This document shows positions 1-9,745 of a stretch of 44,555 nucleotides of DNA, piece after piece. Position 1 is the stretch's first letter. The number at the start of each line of letters is the position of its first letter. The notes beneath the pieces are model-generated. The model saw only the letters and a program-made list of their open reading frames with translations, made no database searches and had not been told where the DNA came from. The stretch lies in the NCBI GenBank assembly GCA_945221685.1, contig CALYNN010000001.1, positions 1 through 44,555 on the forward strand, given 5' to 3'. The translations under genes were made by a program, and so were the position numbers. The DNA is from an uncultured Clostridia bacterium (GTDB taxonomy: Bacteria; Bacillota; Clostridia; Oscillospirales; Acutalibacteraceae).

Positions 1-49
1 ACGACATCATGCCTAGTCTCGTGGGCTCGGAGATGTGTATAAGAGACAG
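1..49 (+). other. Illumina Nextera adapter remnant (sequencing artefact)
   Basis: 16-49 = GTCTCGTGGGCTCGGAGATGTGTATAAGAGACAG (Nextera Read 2 adapter + Tn5 mosaic end). 8-15 CATGCCTA matches an i7 index (N706). 1-7 ACGACAT is a one-mismatch copy of the P7 end ACGAGAT. Confidence 0.97.
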
Positions 50-51
50 AC

Positions 52-1005
52 TATGCAAAGCAGCTCGAAAACGGATTGATTTTGCGCGTTGCGGCGCAGG
101 CTAAAAGCGTTTCAAGCATAATCGGCGAAATACTGATATACATTATTCCCGTTGTTATTGCGGCAATAGTTTTATCGGTATTCATAAGCATAGCCATAAC
201 AAAGAGCATTGTTAAGCCTGTTGAGGAGCTTGGCAAAAAGCTTGACGATGTTGAAAATGTAAAAACCTACACGGAGCTTATGCCCTTTGTTAACGCTTTA
301 CAGGAGCAAAAGCAAAAGCAACAGGAGCTTGACCGCCAAAAAAAGCAATTTACCGCAAATATGTCTCACGAGCTTAAAACACCCCTTACCTCTATTGCAG
401 GATATGCAGAGCTGATTGAATCCGGCATTGCAAAGGAGGAGGATGTTAAGCCGTTTGCTTCGGTTATAAGAAAGCAGGCGCTTAGGCTTGTTAGCTTAAG
501 CGAGGATATTATTCAGCTTTCACAGCTTGATGAGAACGACGGCGAAAGCATTGCTTTTTCCTCAACAGATATTTATGTCGTAGCAGAAAAGTGCGTTGAA
601 GCTCTTTCAATTAATGCAAGGCTGAAAAATATTGATATGAAGCTAACGGGAGAAAGCTGTTTTATTAAGGCAAACCCCACTCTGCTTGAGGAGCTTATAT
701 ATAATCTTTGCGACAACGCCATAAGGTATAACAGGGAAAACGGCAGTGTTTGGGTGAGCGTTGAGCCTTTGGAGGAGGGTGTTAAGCTTTCCGTCAGCGA
801 CACAGGTATAGGAATAGACGAAAAATACCAGTCAAGAATTTTTGAAAGATTTTTCAGAGTTGACAAAAGCAGAAGCAAGGAAACAGGCGGCACAGGCTTA
901 GGCCTTGCCATTGTAAAGCACATTGTTCAGCTTCACGAAGCAGAGCTGAATATTGACAGTCAATTGGGAAAAGGCACCTGTATTTCAATATTATTTAAAA
1001 AATAA
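52..1005 (+). CDS. Sensor histidine kinase, PhoR-like (HisKA + HATPase_c), 5'-truncated
   Basis: Frame is open from the adapter junction. One TM helix, H-box FTANMSHELKTPLTSI, N-box NLCDNAIRYN, G1 DTGIGI, and ERFFRVDKSRSKETGGTGLGLAIVKHIV. Confidence 0.9.
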   Translation, partial: YAKQLENGLILRVAAQAKSVSSIIGEILIYIIPVVIAAIVLSVFISIAITKSIVKPVEELGKKLDDVENVKTYTELMPFVNALQEQKQKQQELDRQKKQFTANMSHELKTPLTSIAGYAELIESGIAKEEDVKPFASVIRKQALRLVSLSEDIIQLSQLDENDGESIAFSSTDIYVVAEKCVEALSINARLKNIDMKLTGESCFIKANPTLLEELIYNLCDNAIRYNRENGSVWVSVEPLEEGVKLSVSDTGIGIDEKYQSRIFERFFRVDKSRSKETGGTGLGLAIVKHIVQLHEAELNIDSQLGKGTCISILFKK

Positions 1006-1016
1006 ACAAAAACATA

Positions 1017-1045
1017 TTGAAAAATTGTTCGTTTTAGTATATTAT
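1017..1045 (+). promoter_or_regulatory. Putative sigma-A promoter
   Basis: TTGAAA-N17-TATTAT upstream of the ATG at 1083. Confidence 0.45.
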
Positions 1046-1082
1046 ATAAAAGTAATATACTGTAAAAAAGGGGAATTTTTTT

Positions 1083-2003
1083 ATGAAAAGAAAATCCAAG
1101 CTTAACAAGTTCAACGGCTTTCTTGCTATTGTGCTTGTAATTTGTCTTGCTGCAACAGCATTTGTTATTACTAAATATCCTAAAATCACCGAGGAAGCCG
1201 GTGCAGAAACGGACGCAAGTGATGTAAGCGTTCTTGAAGCAAGCTTTGAGCCGGGTACATACGGTGGCAAGGAATTCAAAACCATTGATGATGTTGTTAA
1301 GTATTATGTTGAGTGCTATAACTACACAAAAACCCTTACAGCTCAATATGATGAAAACGGTGAAACAAAAACATATTACAAGCTTTTGGGCGACGAAAAC
1401 CTCAATGTTGAAAACCTTCTTGTTGAGGGCAAGTCAAACGATATTATCAACAAGCTTGTTCCCGGAGTTGTTGGCAAGCTATTCACCGGCAGCGTAAAGG
1501 GACTTTCTCCGTCAGACAACAGAGACCCCAATTACGACACAAGAAATGACGGCGCTATTAGCTTATCTACATCGGCACTTACAACCGAGGATGTTCTTGA
1601 CGCTAATGTTAAGGATAACGGCGACGGAACAATTACAATTACAATTCAGCCTAAGCAGGCAGTGCTTGCAATGCCTAACGGGGACCCACAGGGACGCTTC
1701 TTTAATGTTCTCGGTGACATTACCTCAACCGTTGAGTCTATTGATGTTCTTTCCTTCTCAGAGGGTACAATAGCAGATAACTTTGTTGTTACCTACAAGG
1801 GTGGCACAGGCTCTGTTATTATTGATACTGCAACAGGCGAAATTACAGGCGGCGACTTTAAGATGCTTGTTCATATTGATGTTAAGCACGCTAATGTGGC
1901 AGTTCTTAAGGATAAGAATGCTTCACTTGATGTTATTTATACTAACCACTACCCTGCTGACGACCAGTACCTTATGGACTCAAGACAAATTACAAGAAAG
2001 TAA
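1083..2003 (+). CDS. Hypothetical N-terminally anchored/secreted protein (306 aa)
   Basis: Basic N-terminus plus hydrophobic helix (FLAIVLVICLAATAFVI), then an acidic beta-rich body. Purine-rich RBS upstream and a terminator downstream. No family recognised. Confidence 0.85.
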   Translation: MKRKSKLNKFNGFLAIVLVICLAATAFVITKYPKITEEAGAETDASDVSVLEASFEPGTYGGKEFKTIDDVVKYYVECYNYTKTLTAQYDENGETKTYYKLLGDENLNVENLLVEGKSNDIINKLVPGVVGKLFTGSVKGLSPSDNRDPNYDTRNDGAISLSTSALTTEDVLDANVKDNGDGTITITIQPKQAVLAMPNGDPQGRFFNVLGDITSTVESIDVLSFSEGTIADNFVVTYKGGTGSVIIDTATGEITGGDFKMLVHIDVKHANVAVLKDKNASLDVIYTNHYPADDQYLMDSRQITRK

Positions 2004-2027
2004 TTTCGTAATAAAGCATAAAATAAT

Positions 2028-2063
2028 AAGACGGTATAGCTGAAAGGCTGTACCGTCTTTTTT
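2028..2063 (+). terminator. Rho-independent terminator
   Basis: AAGACGGTATAGC-tgaaag-GCTGTACCGTCTT followed by TTTT. Confidence 0.85.
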
Positions 2064-2152
2064 GCTCTTTAAGTGTATTTTTCTGCAACGGTGTATAAGG
2101 CACATAAAGTCCGCAAATATGCGCTGACAGTACGCCGAAAGGCTTTAATTGC

Positions 2153-2202
2153 AAAAGAAAAGCCATAACGCTTGCTCCGATTACGAAGCCGTCGTTATGG
2201 CT
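2153..2202 (-). terminator. Probable terminator of the minus-strand CotH transcript
   Basis: AGCCATAACG (2161-2170) pairs with CGTTATGGCT (2193-2202); TTTCTTTT follows on the minus strand. Confidence 0.6.
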
Positions 2203-2225
2203 ATTATTTTAATTATTTGTACTGC

Positions 2226-2598
2226 TTAATATTTATCTGCGGTAAAATTGATACACCTTGTAAATTCTTCCTCTATTTTTGGAATATCATCTTCATCGGC
2301 ATACCGTTTAATAAACGAATAATCCTTTGCGTTTACTATACCGTCCTTAACATAGTCGCAGTTGCAGATACTGATAGGCTTACCTGCCATATTTACAACA
2401 CTGCCTTTAACATAATACTTTGCGCCGATACAACAGGGGTATAATAAAACCACACTAAATCGTCAGCACCGCTAATGGTGGCTGATTTTTTTACATCGAG
2501 CACTAATTCCTGCGAGCTTCCAAACGCAGTAATGGAGAGGGCAAGGGAAGATGCAGTTATAGCAATAACAAGCATTGCAGACATAACCCTTTTTTCAT
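2226..2598 (-). pseudogene. Remnant of a secreted dockerin-like-tagged protein (frameshifted, probably internally deleted)
   Basis: RBS GGAGAGG and ATG at 2598 are out of frame with the signal peptide (A6 run; A7 would give MKKRVMSAMLVIAITASSLALSITAFG). The C-terminal CDYVKDGIVNAKDY Ca-loop lies in a different frame from the signal peptide (2226-2453). Confidence 0.7.
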
Positions 2599-2664
2599 TT
2601 TACCCTCTCCTGTTATAACCGATTACTGTTTTATTTATTATTCAGTAAATTTATTTTAGCACTG

Positions 2665-5600
2665 TTAATTGTATGCTTCAACCGTTGTTTGATTAATGTA
2701 GCTGTTGAAGTATGATTTATAGCTATCGTATTTGCTGTCTTTATTTACAACAGCAAAATCCTTTGCGTTTACATAGCCGTCGTTATTTGCGTCAAGCACC
2801 TGAAGGGCTACTGTTTGGTCTGCGGTGCTTTCCGTTGTGCTTACAACTACTGTTCTTGAAGCGTTGCCGAATTTAACCTCTATAGAGGAATCTCTGCCAA
2901 TAGCAAGTCTAACGCTTGCAGAGCCGTTTGAATCGGTTTCGCCCATAAGAACGCCGTCAACATAAATTTCGGCATTGCTTACCGCGGTAGCAGGTACGGT
3001 GGAATTTTTGCCCTCAGGAAGAACTACATTAAAGCCAACTGTCTTTGCCAAAGGAGTACCGCAGATTTCAACTCCGTCTATTCCTGTGTTACCCTTGGTA
3101 ACAAGGTTAAGCTCGGTTCCGTCAACGCTTTCGCCGCCGTTAATGAAAATCTTAATATAAAGCGTTTCCTGATTATCGCAGGCAGACGGTAAAGCAAGAT
3201 TTCCGTAGGTTTCAACGGCCTTGGTTGCCGAGTCGTTGCTTATTGCTCTTGCATTTGAGTTGCTGATATATGTATAGCTGCTTCCGTCGGTACTGTAGGC
3301 TACGCCCCAATCTCTCGGTCCCTTATTTGAGCTGAGCTGCTCAACATTAAGTGTAAGATTATCATAGCCGAGAGTGCTGGTCTTTATGAGCCAATAACCG
3401 TTTTCGGTAGGATTATCAAGAGATTTCGTTGCAGTAAACGGATTAGTATTAAGCCACGATACCTTTACACCGTAGGTTCCCGTGTATGAAAGCAGGGTTG
3501 CGTCCGTACCGTTTGGATACATAGACAGGGTACCTGACTTTGTACCGGAGCTTCCTGCAACTGAAAGATTGTCGGCAGATACATAATCTGTAAAGAGCTT
3601 CGTAGTGCTATTGTAGTTAAACTTAACAACAGTTTCGCCCTTATAGTAATATGTTGCAATATTGCCTACGCTCTTATCCTCATCCTCAATAGCTTCAATT
3701 ACTATTGTATATGCCTCGCTGGCGGTTTTGTCGAAGCCTTTAACAGTCGAAAGCTGAATACCTGTTTCGGCATATGTTCCCACTTGAACTACATTATCCT
3801 TGCTGTCCTTAACAATATACTGCATTTGCAGTCCGTCGGGGCTGATATACTTAATTGTTCCTATTTCGCCGAAATAAGCAGTTGACTTATTTGTATAAGG
3901 CATCTTGTACGCACCGGTATCATCACCGGCAACAACAACATTATTTACATAAAGGTTGCCCTTTGACTCGTTGTTATGAAGAGTAGTTGAGCCGCTTGTA
4001 AGGTTCTCGGTTGTTGCAAGCCTAATGTAAAGCGCCGACTGATTGTTACACTCGTTAGGCAGCTTTGCCATAACCATATACTGCTCTAAGACGCCGTTTG
4101 CCGGAAGCTTAACATTTGACTGAACATCTGTATAATCCACTCCGTTAAGGCTGTACTGAAGGGTTGCACTGTTGGGGCCTGACAATGTTGTATAAGCCAT
4201 ACAGCTGAAGCTTATATTTTCAAAGCCTACGGTGCACACCTTATAGGTAAAGCCGGAGTCCTCGGTCCATTTTAAGCCGTCATCGGGAGCAACGCAGAAG
4301 GAGCCGTTATCCGCTCTCCACAAAGGAACATACTGCGTTGTTGAATCGGCGCAGGCGGTCATTCTTCCGCTTTCTCCGTAGGTTCCGCCTGTGGACTGCA
4401 CCTGTCCGTTATTTACGCTTTGAGAGAAATCGGTGTAAATAAAGCTGTTAATATCTGTTCCGCCGAAGGTAACGGTTATTGAGGTCTCGCCGCTCTTAAT
4501 ATCGTTAAACTGCGAATACGCAACAATAGTTGCTGATTCTCCTGCCTTGGCGGTCTTTGCGTTAAAGGGATAAACCTGACCTGTGTAAAGAACAGGCTCG
4601 CCGCCGTTAACACTGTAATAAACATCGGCACCGCCGTTGTTATCAAGAATTTCTATGCCGTTGTCGTTAAATACGGTTGCACCGTCTGCCGTTGTTATTG
4701 TAGGCTCATAAAGAGAGGTAACAACGCTGAGAGATGCGCCTGTAACGGCGATATTGTTTATTGCGGCGTCACCGCTTGTTTGGTGAAGAATTGTATTTAT
4801 GCCGTTAATAGCAACATTGGCAGTTACTATCATTCTGATATAAACCTGCTTTTGATTTTCACATTCCTGAGGAAGCTGAACATTATTAAAGGCAAGCTCC
4901 ATTGCTTTGTTTGCAGTAATTGAATAGGTAGCACCTTCAACATCTGTGTATGTTACTCCGTCTAAGCTGTACTGAAGCTTCCAATCCCTCGGTCCCTTCT
5001 TTGAACCGCCCAGCTTTGCGCTGAATTTGATATTTTCAAATCCGGCAGTAGAAACAACCGCTTCAAAATACGGATATTCTCCCCAGGCAAGCAGAGCTGT
5101 TTTTGATGTGCCCATAACAGGTGCCTGGTCGCTTGCAAGAGTCTGACCGTCGTTTGTATAAAGGTCTGCCGAGCCCGACCACTTAATTTTTGCGTTATCG
5201 GTAGCATTTACGCTTGCATACAGATTTGCCGAAGCCTGATTTTCACCGCCGGTAGCGCCGTAGTAGAAGGTGGCTCCCGTTGGGTCACCGGTTTGAAGCA
5301 GGGTGCTGTCGGCTGAATAGTCGTAATCCCAAGAGGCTATTGTTTTTGTATAGCCTTCAGGTCTTGTTCCTGCAAGGACCTCACATTCGTTGGAGGTTAC
5401 GGAATTAATAAGATTTGTGCCGTCGCCCGTAGCTACGCAGGTTATTATTGAGCCTGCGTCAGACTCGACTGTTGTGTAGGTGCTTTGCTGAGCACCGTCT
5501 ATTGCAACGCCGTCCTTATACCACTGATAGCTTACGCCCGAGGTAATCTCTACAGCGCTGCTGTTTGTAAGAGCTGCAGTAAGCTCCATATCCTTATAAG

Positions 5601-7923
5601 CCGCACTGTCAATAGTAAGAGTATGATTTACAGCAAGGTTTGCGGCAACAATATTAAAGGTTTTGCTTGCGGTACCTGTATATGTTCCTTTACCTGTTAC
5701 GGTAACGGTTGCCGTTCCTGCGTTAATATTATTTTTATAGCTTAAGGCATAATCAACATCCTGCTCAAGAACTACATTGCCGGTTCCCGATTTAAAGAGG
5801 GATACGCTGAGAGAAGGAGTAATTTCATAGCCTGTATATGTCTGCTGATTAATAGTTCCCAATGTGGCTGTGCTTAGGTCGGTTTTTGGAATGTTGTCCG
5901 AAATCCAAACCTGTCTTTCGGAAACCCAAGTTGAAAGCATACTGATGTAGTTGCTTGCATCGTATGTTACATTGTGACGAATTGCATCCATCTGGGCACT
6001 TTTATTTACGGTGTTTACATAGTATGAAATACTGTTCAGCTTACCGGTGGAATCCTCTGCCTTGCCTAAAAGAATATCTACTGCCGGAGAAATATAGCGG
6101 AAATAATATCTTTCTGCCATTGTCCAGAAATCAGTACAATTTGTGGCAAGTGCCCCATAGAAATTAAGCGGTGAATATTTATCAGAGTCGTAGTCCATTG
6201 AGGAATCCTGACTTCTCCAACGGTAAATACGGGCATTTTTTGCATACCATCCGTCAGATGTTGTGTAGCTGTAGCCCCAACGGCTTCCGCTTTTTCCGTC
6301 AGTTGTGCCCAAGGCATTATCCATATCCCACACAGGACCTGCGTAAAGCTTAGTATCTATACTGTCGGAATCCTTGTAAAAATATGTGGATGAGGTTGAG
6401 GTATCCATATTCTTAAAGAATTCCTGCATCCAATAATACCTTACTGCTGAATCCGCATCGAGCAGGTCGCTCCACTTCTTTCCCTGATACTGTGTTGCAG
6501 GTGCAGGGTTTGTTACGCTGTTGGCACCCTTAGTGGTTGTGAGGGTCAGTGAGCTGCACTTTGTAGTTGTTGAGGCACTTGGAACAGTGCCGCCGTTATA
6601 TACCGAAGAACCGAGAGCAAAAAGCAAGTCATAGCTATAATTCAACATATCGCTTGAAGCATAGTCACAGCTTTTAAGCACCCAACCCTGTCTGTTATAA
6701 GCACAGAAGCCCGCGTTTTCAGTTACCCATCTGTTGCTTATTTCAAGTTCGTACAAATATCCGCCTGTGTAATCACTGGGGCTTGTCAGTGTAGGCGAGC
6801 AGATTTTCGCGCCTACCGTATGGTCGCCTACGTTGGGAGTCCTCATAAGCTCTATGCTATTCATTTGAGCCGTTGTTTTTTCTGCACCCGAAAGGGAGGT
6901 AGCGGTGCCTGTTAAATCCTTTGGAATAATTGCGCCTGTAGTAGCGTCGGTTGTACCGTTTGCTATTTCAAGGTTTTCGTAAGCGTCGCTGATATTAATT
7001 CTGTTTGACTTTATTTCAACCTTTTCCGCAAGCTGATACGAGCCTAAATACTGCTGATTAACATAAAGGTCAACAGGCTTACAGTGAGGCTGATAATTAA
7101 TTCCGATATAATCGGCAAAATCATATGTAAGCTGATTTTTTACAAGAGATTTATCTACATCGTTTGCAAGAAGGCACCATTTTTTAGCAGAGCCCATACC
7201 AAGCAGAGATGTTGAAACGGCAAGCTTAATATTGTAAGGATTTTTCTTTCCGTTTGCATCCCAAGTACCGTTGCCGCGGCCGCTCATTTTGCTGAGAATG
7301 CCCGAATAATCAACTGAACCGTCAGGCTGAATTACCATAATCATTCCCGATTCCCATGCGCTGTGGTCCTCGCTTTCGGTAATTGTTTTAAGAGAGCCTG
7401 ACTGGGTATCAATATAAACCGTGCCTACATCGCCGCTTTTGATCGCCGTTACGGTATAGCTTGTTGAATTTAGGGTAACGGTATAGACTTTAGACACACC
7501 ACCGTCATTTATTTCGCTAAATACATTTGTGGGCGTTCCGCTTGTAATTGCGGTACCGTTGATTGAAAGAGTTGAACCCGCCGCAAACCAAATCTTAAGA
7601 GCGTTTAAGTCTGTGTTTGATGGGAAGAACCAATAAAAATTTCCGTCGCTGCTCGAGCCGCCGATAATACTGCTGCCGCTGCTTGAGCTTCTCTTAAACG
7701 GCTGAACAGAGCCAATTGCCGCAAGAGTATCTCCTCCTGCAAAAGCATCTACCTTTGCCTGAGTAAGCACATTTTCGGGGTCCGCCCACACGGCTACCTT
7801 GTCGGACTCCACTTCTACTGGACCTGACACCGCCAAAGCAGAAACGGGACTGATAACAAAAGTGGTTATGAGCATTGCCACAGAAAGCAGCACTGCAAAA
7901 ATCTTTTTAGAAAGCTTCTTCAT
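2665..7923 (-). CDS. Secreted multidomain CotH-family kinase with Ig-like modules, three jelly-roll-like repeats and a C-terminal dockerin-like Ca loop (1752 aa)
   Basis: Signal peptide MKKLSKKIFAVLL... after RBS AGAGAGGTG. CotH motifs GRGNGTW, KNPYNIKL, KKWCLLAN, DLYVNQQYLGSYQLAEKVE, EFFKNMD and AGPVWDMDNALG. YKNNINAGTATVTVTGKG Ig repeat. C-terminal DANNDGYVNAKD. Confidence 0.85.
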   Translation of the reverse strand: MKKLSKKIFAVLLSVAMLITTFVISPVSALAVSGPVEVESDKVAVWADPENVLTQAKVDAFAGGDTLAAIGSVQPFKRSSSSGSSIIGGSSSDGNFYWFFPSNTDLNALKIWFAAGSTLSINGTAITSGTPTNVFSEINDGGVSKVYTVTLNSTSYTVTAIKSGDVGTVYIDTQSGSLKTITESEDHSAWESGMIMVIQPDGSVDYSGILSKMSGRGNGTWDANGKKNPYNIKLAVSTSLLGMGSAKKWCLLANDVDKSLVKNQLTYDFADYIGINYQPHCKPVDLYVNQQYLGSYQLAEKVEIKSNRINISDAYENLEIANGTTDATTGAIIPKDLTGTATSLSGAEKTTAQMNSIELMRTPNVGDHTVGAKICSPTLTSPSDYTGGYLYELEISNRWVTENAGFCAYNRQGWVLKSCDYASSDMLNYSYDLLFALGSSVYNGGTVPSASTTTKCSSLTLTTTKGANSVTNPAPATQYQGKKWSDLLDADSAVRYYWMQEFFKNMDTSTSSTYFYKDSDSIDTKLYAGPVWDMDNALGTTDGKSGSRWGYSYTTSDGWYAKNARIYRWRSQDSSMDYDSDKYSPLNFYGALATNCTDFWTMAERYYFRYISPAVDILLGKAEDSTGKLNSISYYVNTVNKSAQMDAIRHNVTYDASNYISMLSTWVSERQVWISDNIPKTDLSTATLGTINQQTYTGYEITPSLSVSLFKSGTGNVVLEQDVDYALSYKNNINAGTATVTVTGKGTYTGTASKTFNIVAANLAVNHTLTIDSAAYKDMELTAALTNSSAVEITSGVSYQWYKDGVAIDGAQQSTYTTVESDAGSIITCVATGDGTNLINSVTSNECEVLAGTRPEGYTKTIASWDYDYSADSTLLQTGDPTGATFYYGATGGENQASANLYASVNATDNAKIKWSGSADLYTNDGQTLASDQAPVMGTSKTALLAWGEYPYFEAVVSTAGFENIKFSAKLGGSKKGPRDWKLQYSLDGVTYTDVEGATYSITANKAMELAFNNVQLPQECENQKQVYIRMIVTANVAINGINTILHQTSGDAAINNIAVTGASLSVVTSLYEPTITTADGATVFNDNGIEILDNNGGADVYYSVNGGEPVLYTGQVYPFNAKTAKAGESATIVAYSQFNDIKSGETSITVTFGGTDINSFIYTDFSQSVNNGQVQSTGGTYGESGRMTACADSTTQYVPLWRADNGSFCVAPDDGLKWTEDSGFTYKVCTVGFENISFSCMAYTTLSGPNSATLQYSLNGVDYTDVQSNVKLPANGVLEQYMVMAKLPNECNNQSALYIRLATTENLTSGSTTLHNNESKGNLYVNNVVVAGDDTGAYKMPYTNKSTAYFGEIGTIKYISPDGLQMQYIVKDSKDNVVQVGTYAETGIQLSTVKGFDKTASEAYTIVIEAIEDEDKSVGNIATYYYKGETVVKFNYNSTTKLFTDYVSADNLSVAGSSGTKSGTLSMYPNGTDATLLSYTGTYGVKVSWLNTNPFTATKSLDNPTENGYWLIKTSTLGYDNLTLNVEQLSSNKGPRDWGVAYSTDGSSYTYISNSNARAISNDSATKAVETYGNLALPSACDNQETLYIKIFINGGESVDGTELNLVTKGNTGIDGVEICGTPLAKTVGFNVVLPEGKNSTVPATAVSNAEIYVDGVLMGETDSNGSASVRLAIGRDSSIEVKFGNASRTVVVSTTESTADQTVALQVLDANNDGYVNAKDFAVVNKDSKYDSYKSYFNSYINQTTVEAYN

Positions 7924-7936
7924 TTTTACACCTCTC

Positions 7937-9523
7937 TTATCTGTTGGCAACGACTCTTGCGTCGCCTACCGTTTTTTTGAATGTAACATTTGCACTGAAA
8001 TCCTTGCTTACCGTTCTTGCCGAGCCTGTAACGGTATAGCTTTTTGAGGTGCTTAAGCTTGGGGAGGAATAAATAAATTTAATACATTCCGTTGTTGAGC
8101 TTTTAATTGTTTTTGAGCCGCTCTTAATAGTAAACTTTAATGCACGCTTTGCTTCGGTAGTGTTTGCCGCCTTGACTGAACGGCAGGTAATGCTCGGTTG
8201 CTTTGACGCCGGCTGAACTGTTGTAATATTTTTACCTTCGCCCGTAACAGTTCCGCCGTTAATGGCAAAGGTATCATTTTTGCCTGCCCTTATTCCGTCG
8301 GCAGTCAGTCCGTTTTCGGTGTTGTTTACACGCCTTACCTTATAGCAGGATTTTACTGCCATAGAGTTGACCGTACCGCCCGATAGGATAATGGCGTCAT
8401 CGGCGTCAACTCCGTCTGATGAACGGGAGGTAATTCCTGCCGAGCCGCCTGTCATATTAAAGGATTCGCAGCGGATACCGTCGCCGTCGGTATTAATTGT
8501 CAGCTTACCGCTTTCAAGATATACCTTGGAGAAGGAGAAAATACCCCTGCCTGCTCCTGAGCCTGCAGAATCGGTGGAAAGTGAAAGGCTGACATTTTTT
8601 ATGGTTACGCTCTTTGTTGAGCAAATTGCGTTGTTTGCATTTTTTGTTGCCGCAACCTTAAGGCTTCCGTTACCCTTGATTGTAAGCTTCGACTCGTTAT
8701 ATATTACACCCGAATAACTGTTTGCGCTTGTTGTAAAGCTGCTTGAGGTACCTGTTGGGAATGAAAGAGAAACATTAGGCGCACTGTTTTGCTTTGAAAT
8801 TTCCTTAATCTCGTCTCTTAAAGCGTCGTCCGCCGCAGTTCCCGTTGAGGTTTCCGTTTCAATAAAGCTTCTTTCGCCCGAAATGCTTGTGTCAATAATT
8901 TTTATTACATTTGCAAGGTTGTTTGAAATTGTAACATCCTCAAATCTTACAGAAGCGCTTTCGGTATTTTTCAGGCGAATAACTATTTGACCGTGCCACC
9001 TGTCTGTTGACGAGGTTACAAGATAGTCACCGCCCTTATCAATAAAGACAATACCTGCCTTTGTGCCGGACGCAGGCTGAATAGTTACATTGCTTGAGCT
9101 GCATTTTGCAGTTCCGTTTTTCTGCAATACTATTGCAATAGGCTGTGCCGCCGCGGTTGTTGAAGGAGTAGCCTTCTTGGTAGTAGAAGCCGATTCTTGC
9201 TTTTTGGCTGTTGTGGTTGACGACTTTGTCGTTGCCTTAGCGGTAGTTGATGCTTTTGCGGTAGATGCGGCAGTGGTGGTTTCGCCCTTTTTTGTGGTGG
9301 TTTCGCCCTTTTTTGTGGTGGATTCCACCGCCTTTGTGGTACCTGTTTTAACATCTTCAACTACTACCTTGCCGTCGTCGGTCGTAACGGCTTCTCCGCT
9401 TTTATCGGTAACAACAACAGTTTCTTCTGTTGCCGAGGTATCTGCCGTTTTACTGCAGGCAGACGCAGTTGCGGTTATCATTGCCGCCGCAAGTATTATG
9501 CACAATGCTTTTTTTAATTTCAT
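7937..9523 (-). CDS. Lipoprotein with T/K/A-rich linker and DUF4353 (Cthe_2159-like) beta-helix carbohydrate-binding domain
   Basis: Lipobox TASA-C, low-complexity linker, and beta-helix motifs LTIKGNGSLKV, GKLTINTDGDGI, DGVDADDAIILSGGTV, INGGTVTG. This family is typically found next to VTC/DUF4956 genes. Confidence 0.8.
   Translation of the reverse strand: MKLKKALCIILAAAMITATASACSKTADTSATEETVVVTDKSGEAVTTDDGKVVVEDVKTGTTKAVESTTKKGETTTKKGETTTAASTAKASTTAKATTKSSTTTAKKQESASTTKKATPSTTAAAQPIAIVLQKNGTAKCSSSNVTIQPASGTKAGIVFIDKGGDYLVTSSTDRWHGQIVIRLKNTESASVRFEDVTISNNLANVIKIIDTSISGERSFIETETSTGTAADDALRDEIKEISKQNSAPNVSLSFPTGTSSSFTTSANSYSGVIYNESKLTIKGNGSLKVAATKNANNAICSTKSVTIKNVSLSLSTDSAGSGAGRGIFSFSKVYLESGKLTINTDGDGIRCESFNMTGGSAGITSRSSDGVDADDAIILSGGTVNSMAVKSCYKVRRVNNTENGLTADGIRAGKNDTFAINGGTVTGEGKNITTVQPASKQPSITCRSVKAANTTEAKRALKFTIKSGSKTIKSSTTECIKFIYSSPSLSTSKSYTVTGSARTVSKDFSANVTFKKTVGDARVVANR
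9273..9321. repeat. 21-bp tandem repeat (2.3 copies) encoding TTKKGET linker units
   Basis: GTGGTGGTTTCGCCCTTTTTT at 9273-9293 and 9294-9314, plus a partial third copy. Confidence 0.95.
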
Positions 9524-9716
9524 TCTCATCACCCAAATTCGGATTAAAATAATTCTCAAAATAAATCTGTTCAGTTAATGGATATTTTACCAAAATATTG
9601 TTTATTTTTTGTTTGTATTGTGTAAAACTCACATCATCAATATTCTATATATAGTAGATTTTTAATGCTGAATTTCTGTATATTGAAAATAGAAAAAATC
9701 CCTAAAAACAGACTTT

Positions 9717-9740
9717 AAGGGAACGGTTATCCGTTCCCTT
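9717..9740 (-). terminator. Perfect hairpin directly after DUF4956 gene (weak terminator or mRNA stabiliser)
   Basis: AAGGGAACGG-ttat-CCGTTCCCTT, with no immediate U-tract on the minus strand. Confidence 0.55.
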
Positions 9741-9745
9741 GGCTT

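Noticed and set aside
31-49. Tn5 mosaic end suggesting a transposon insertion
   Set aside because: It is embedded in the full Nextera adapter with index at the contig edge, and there is no transposase or second end.
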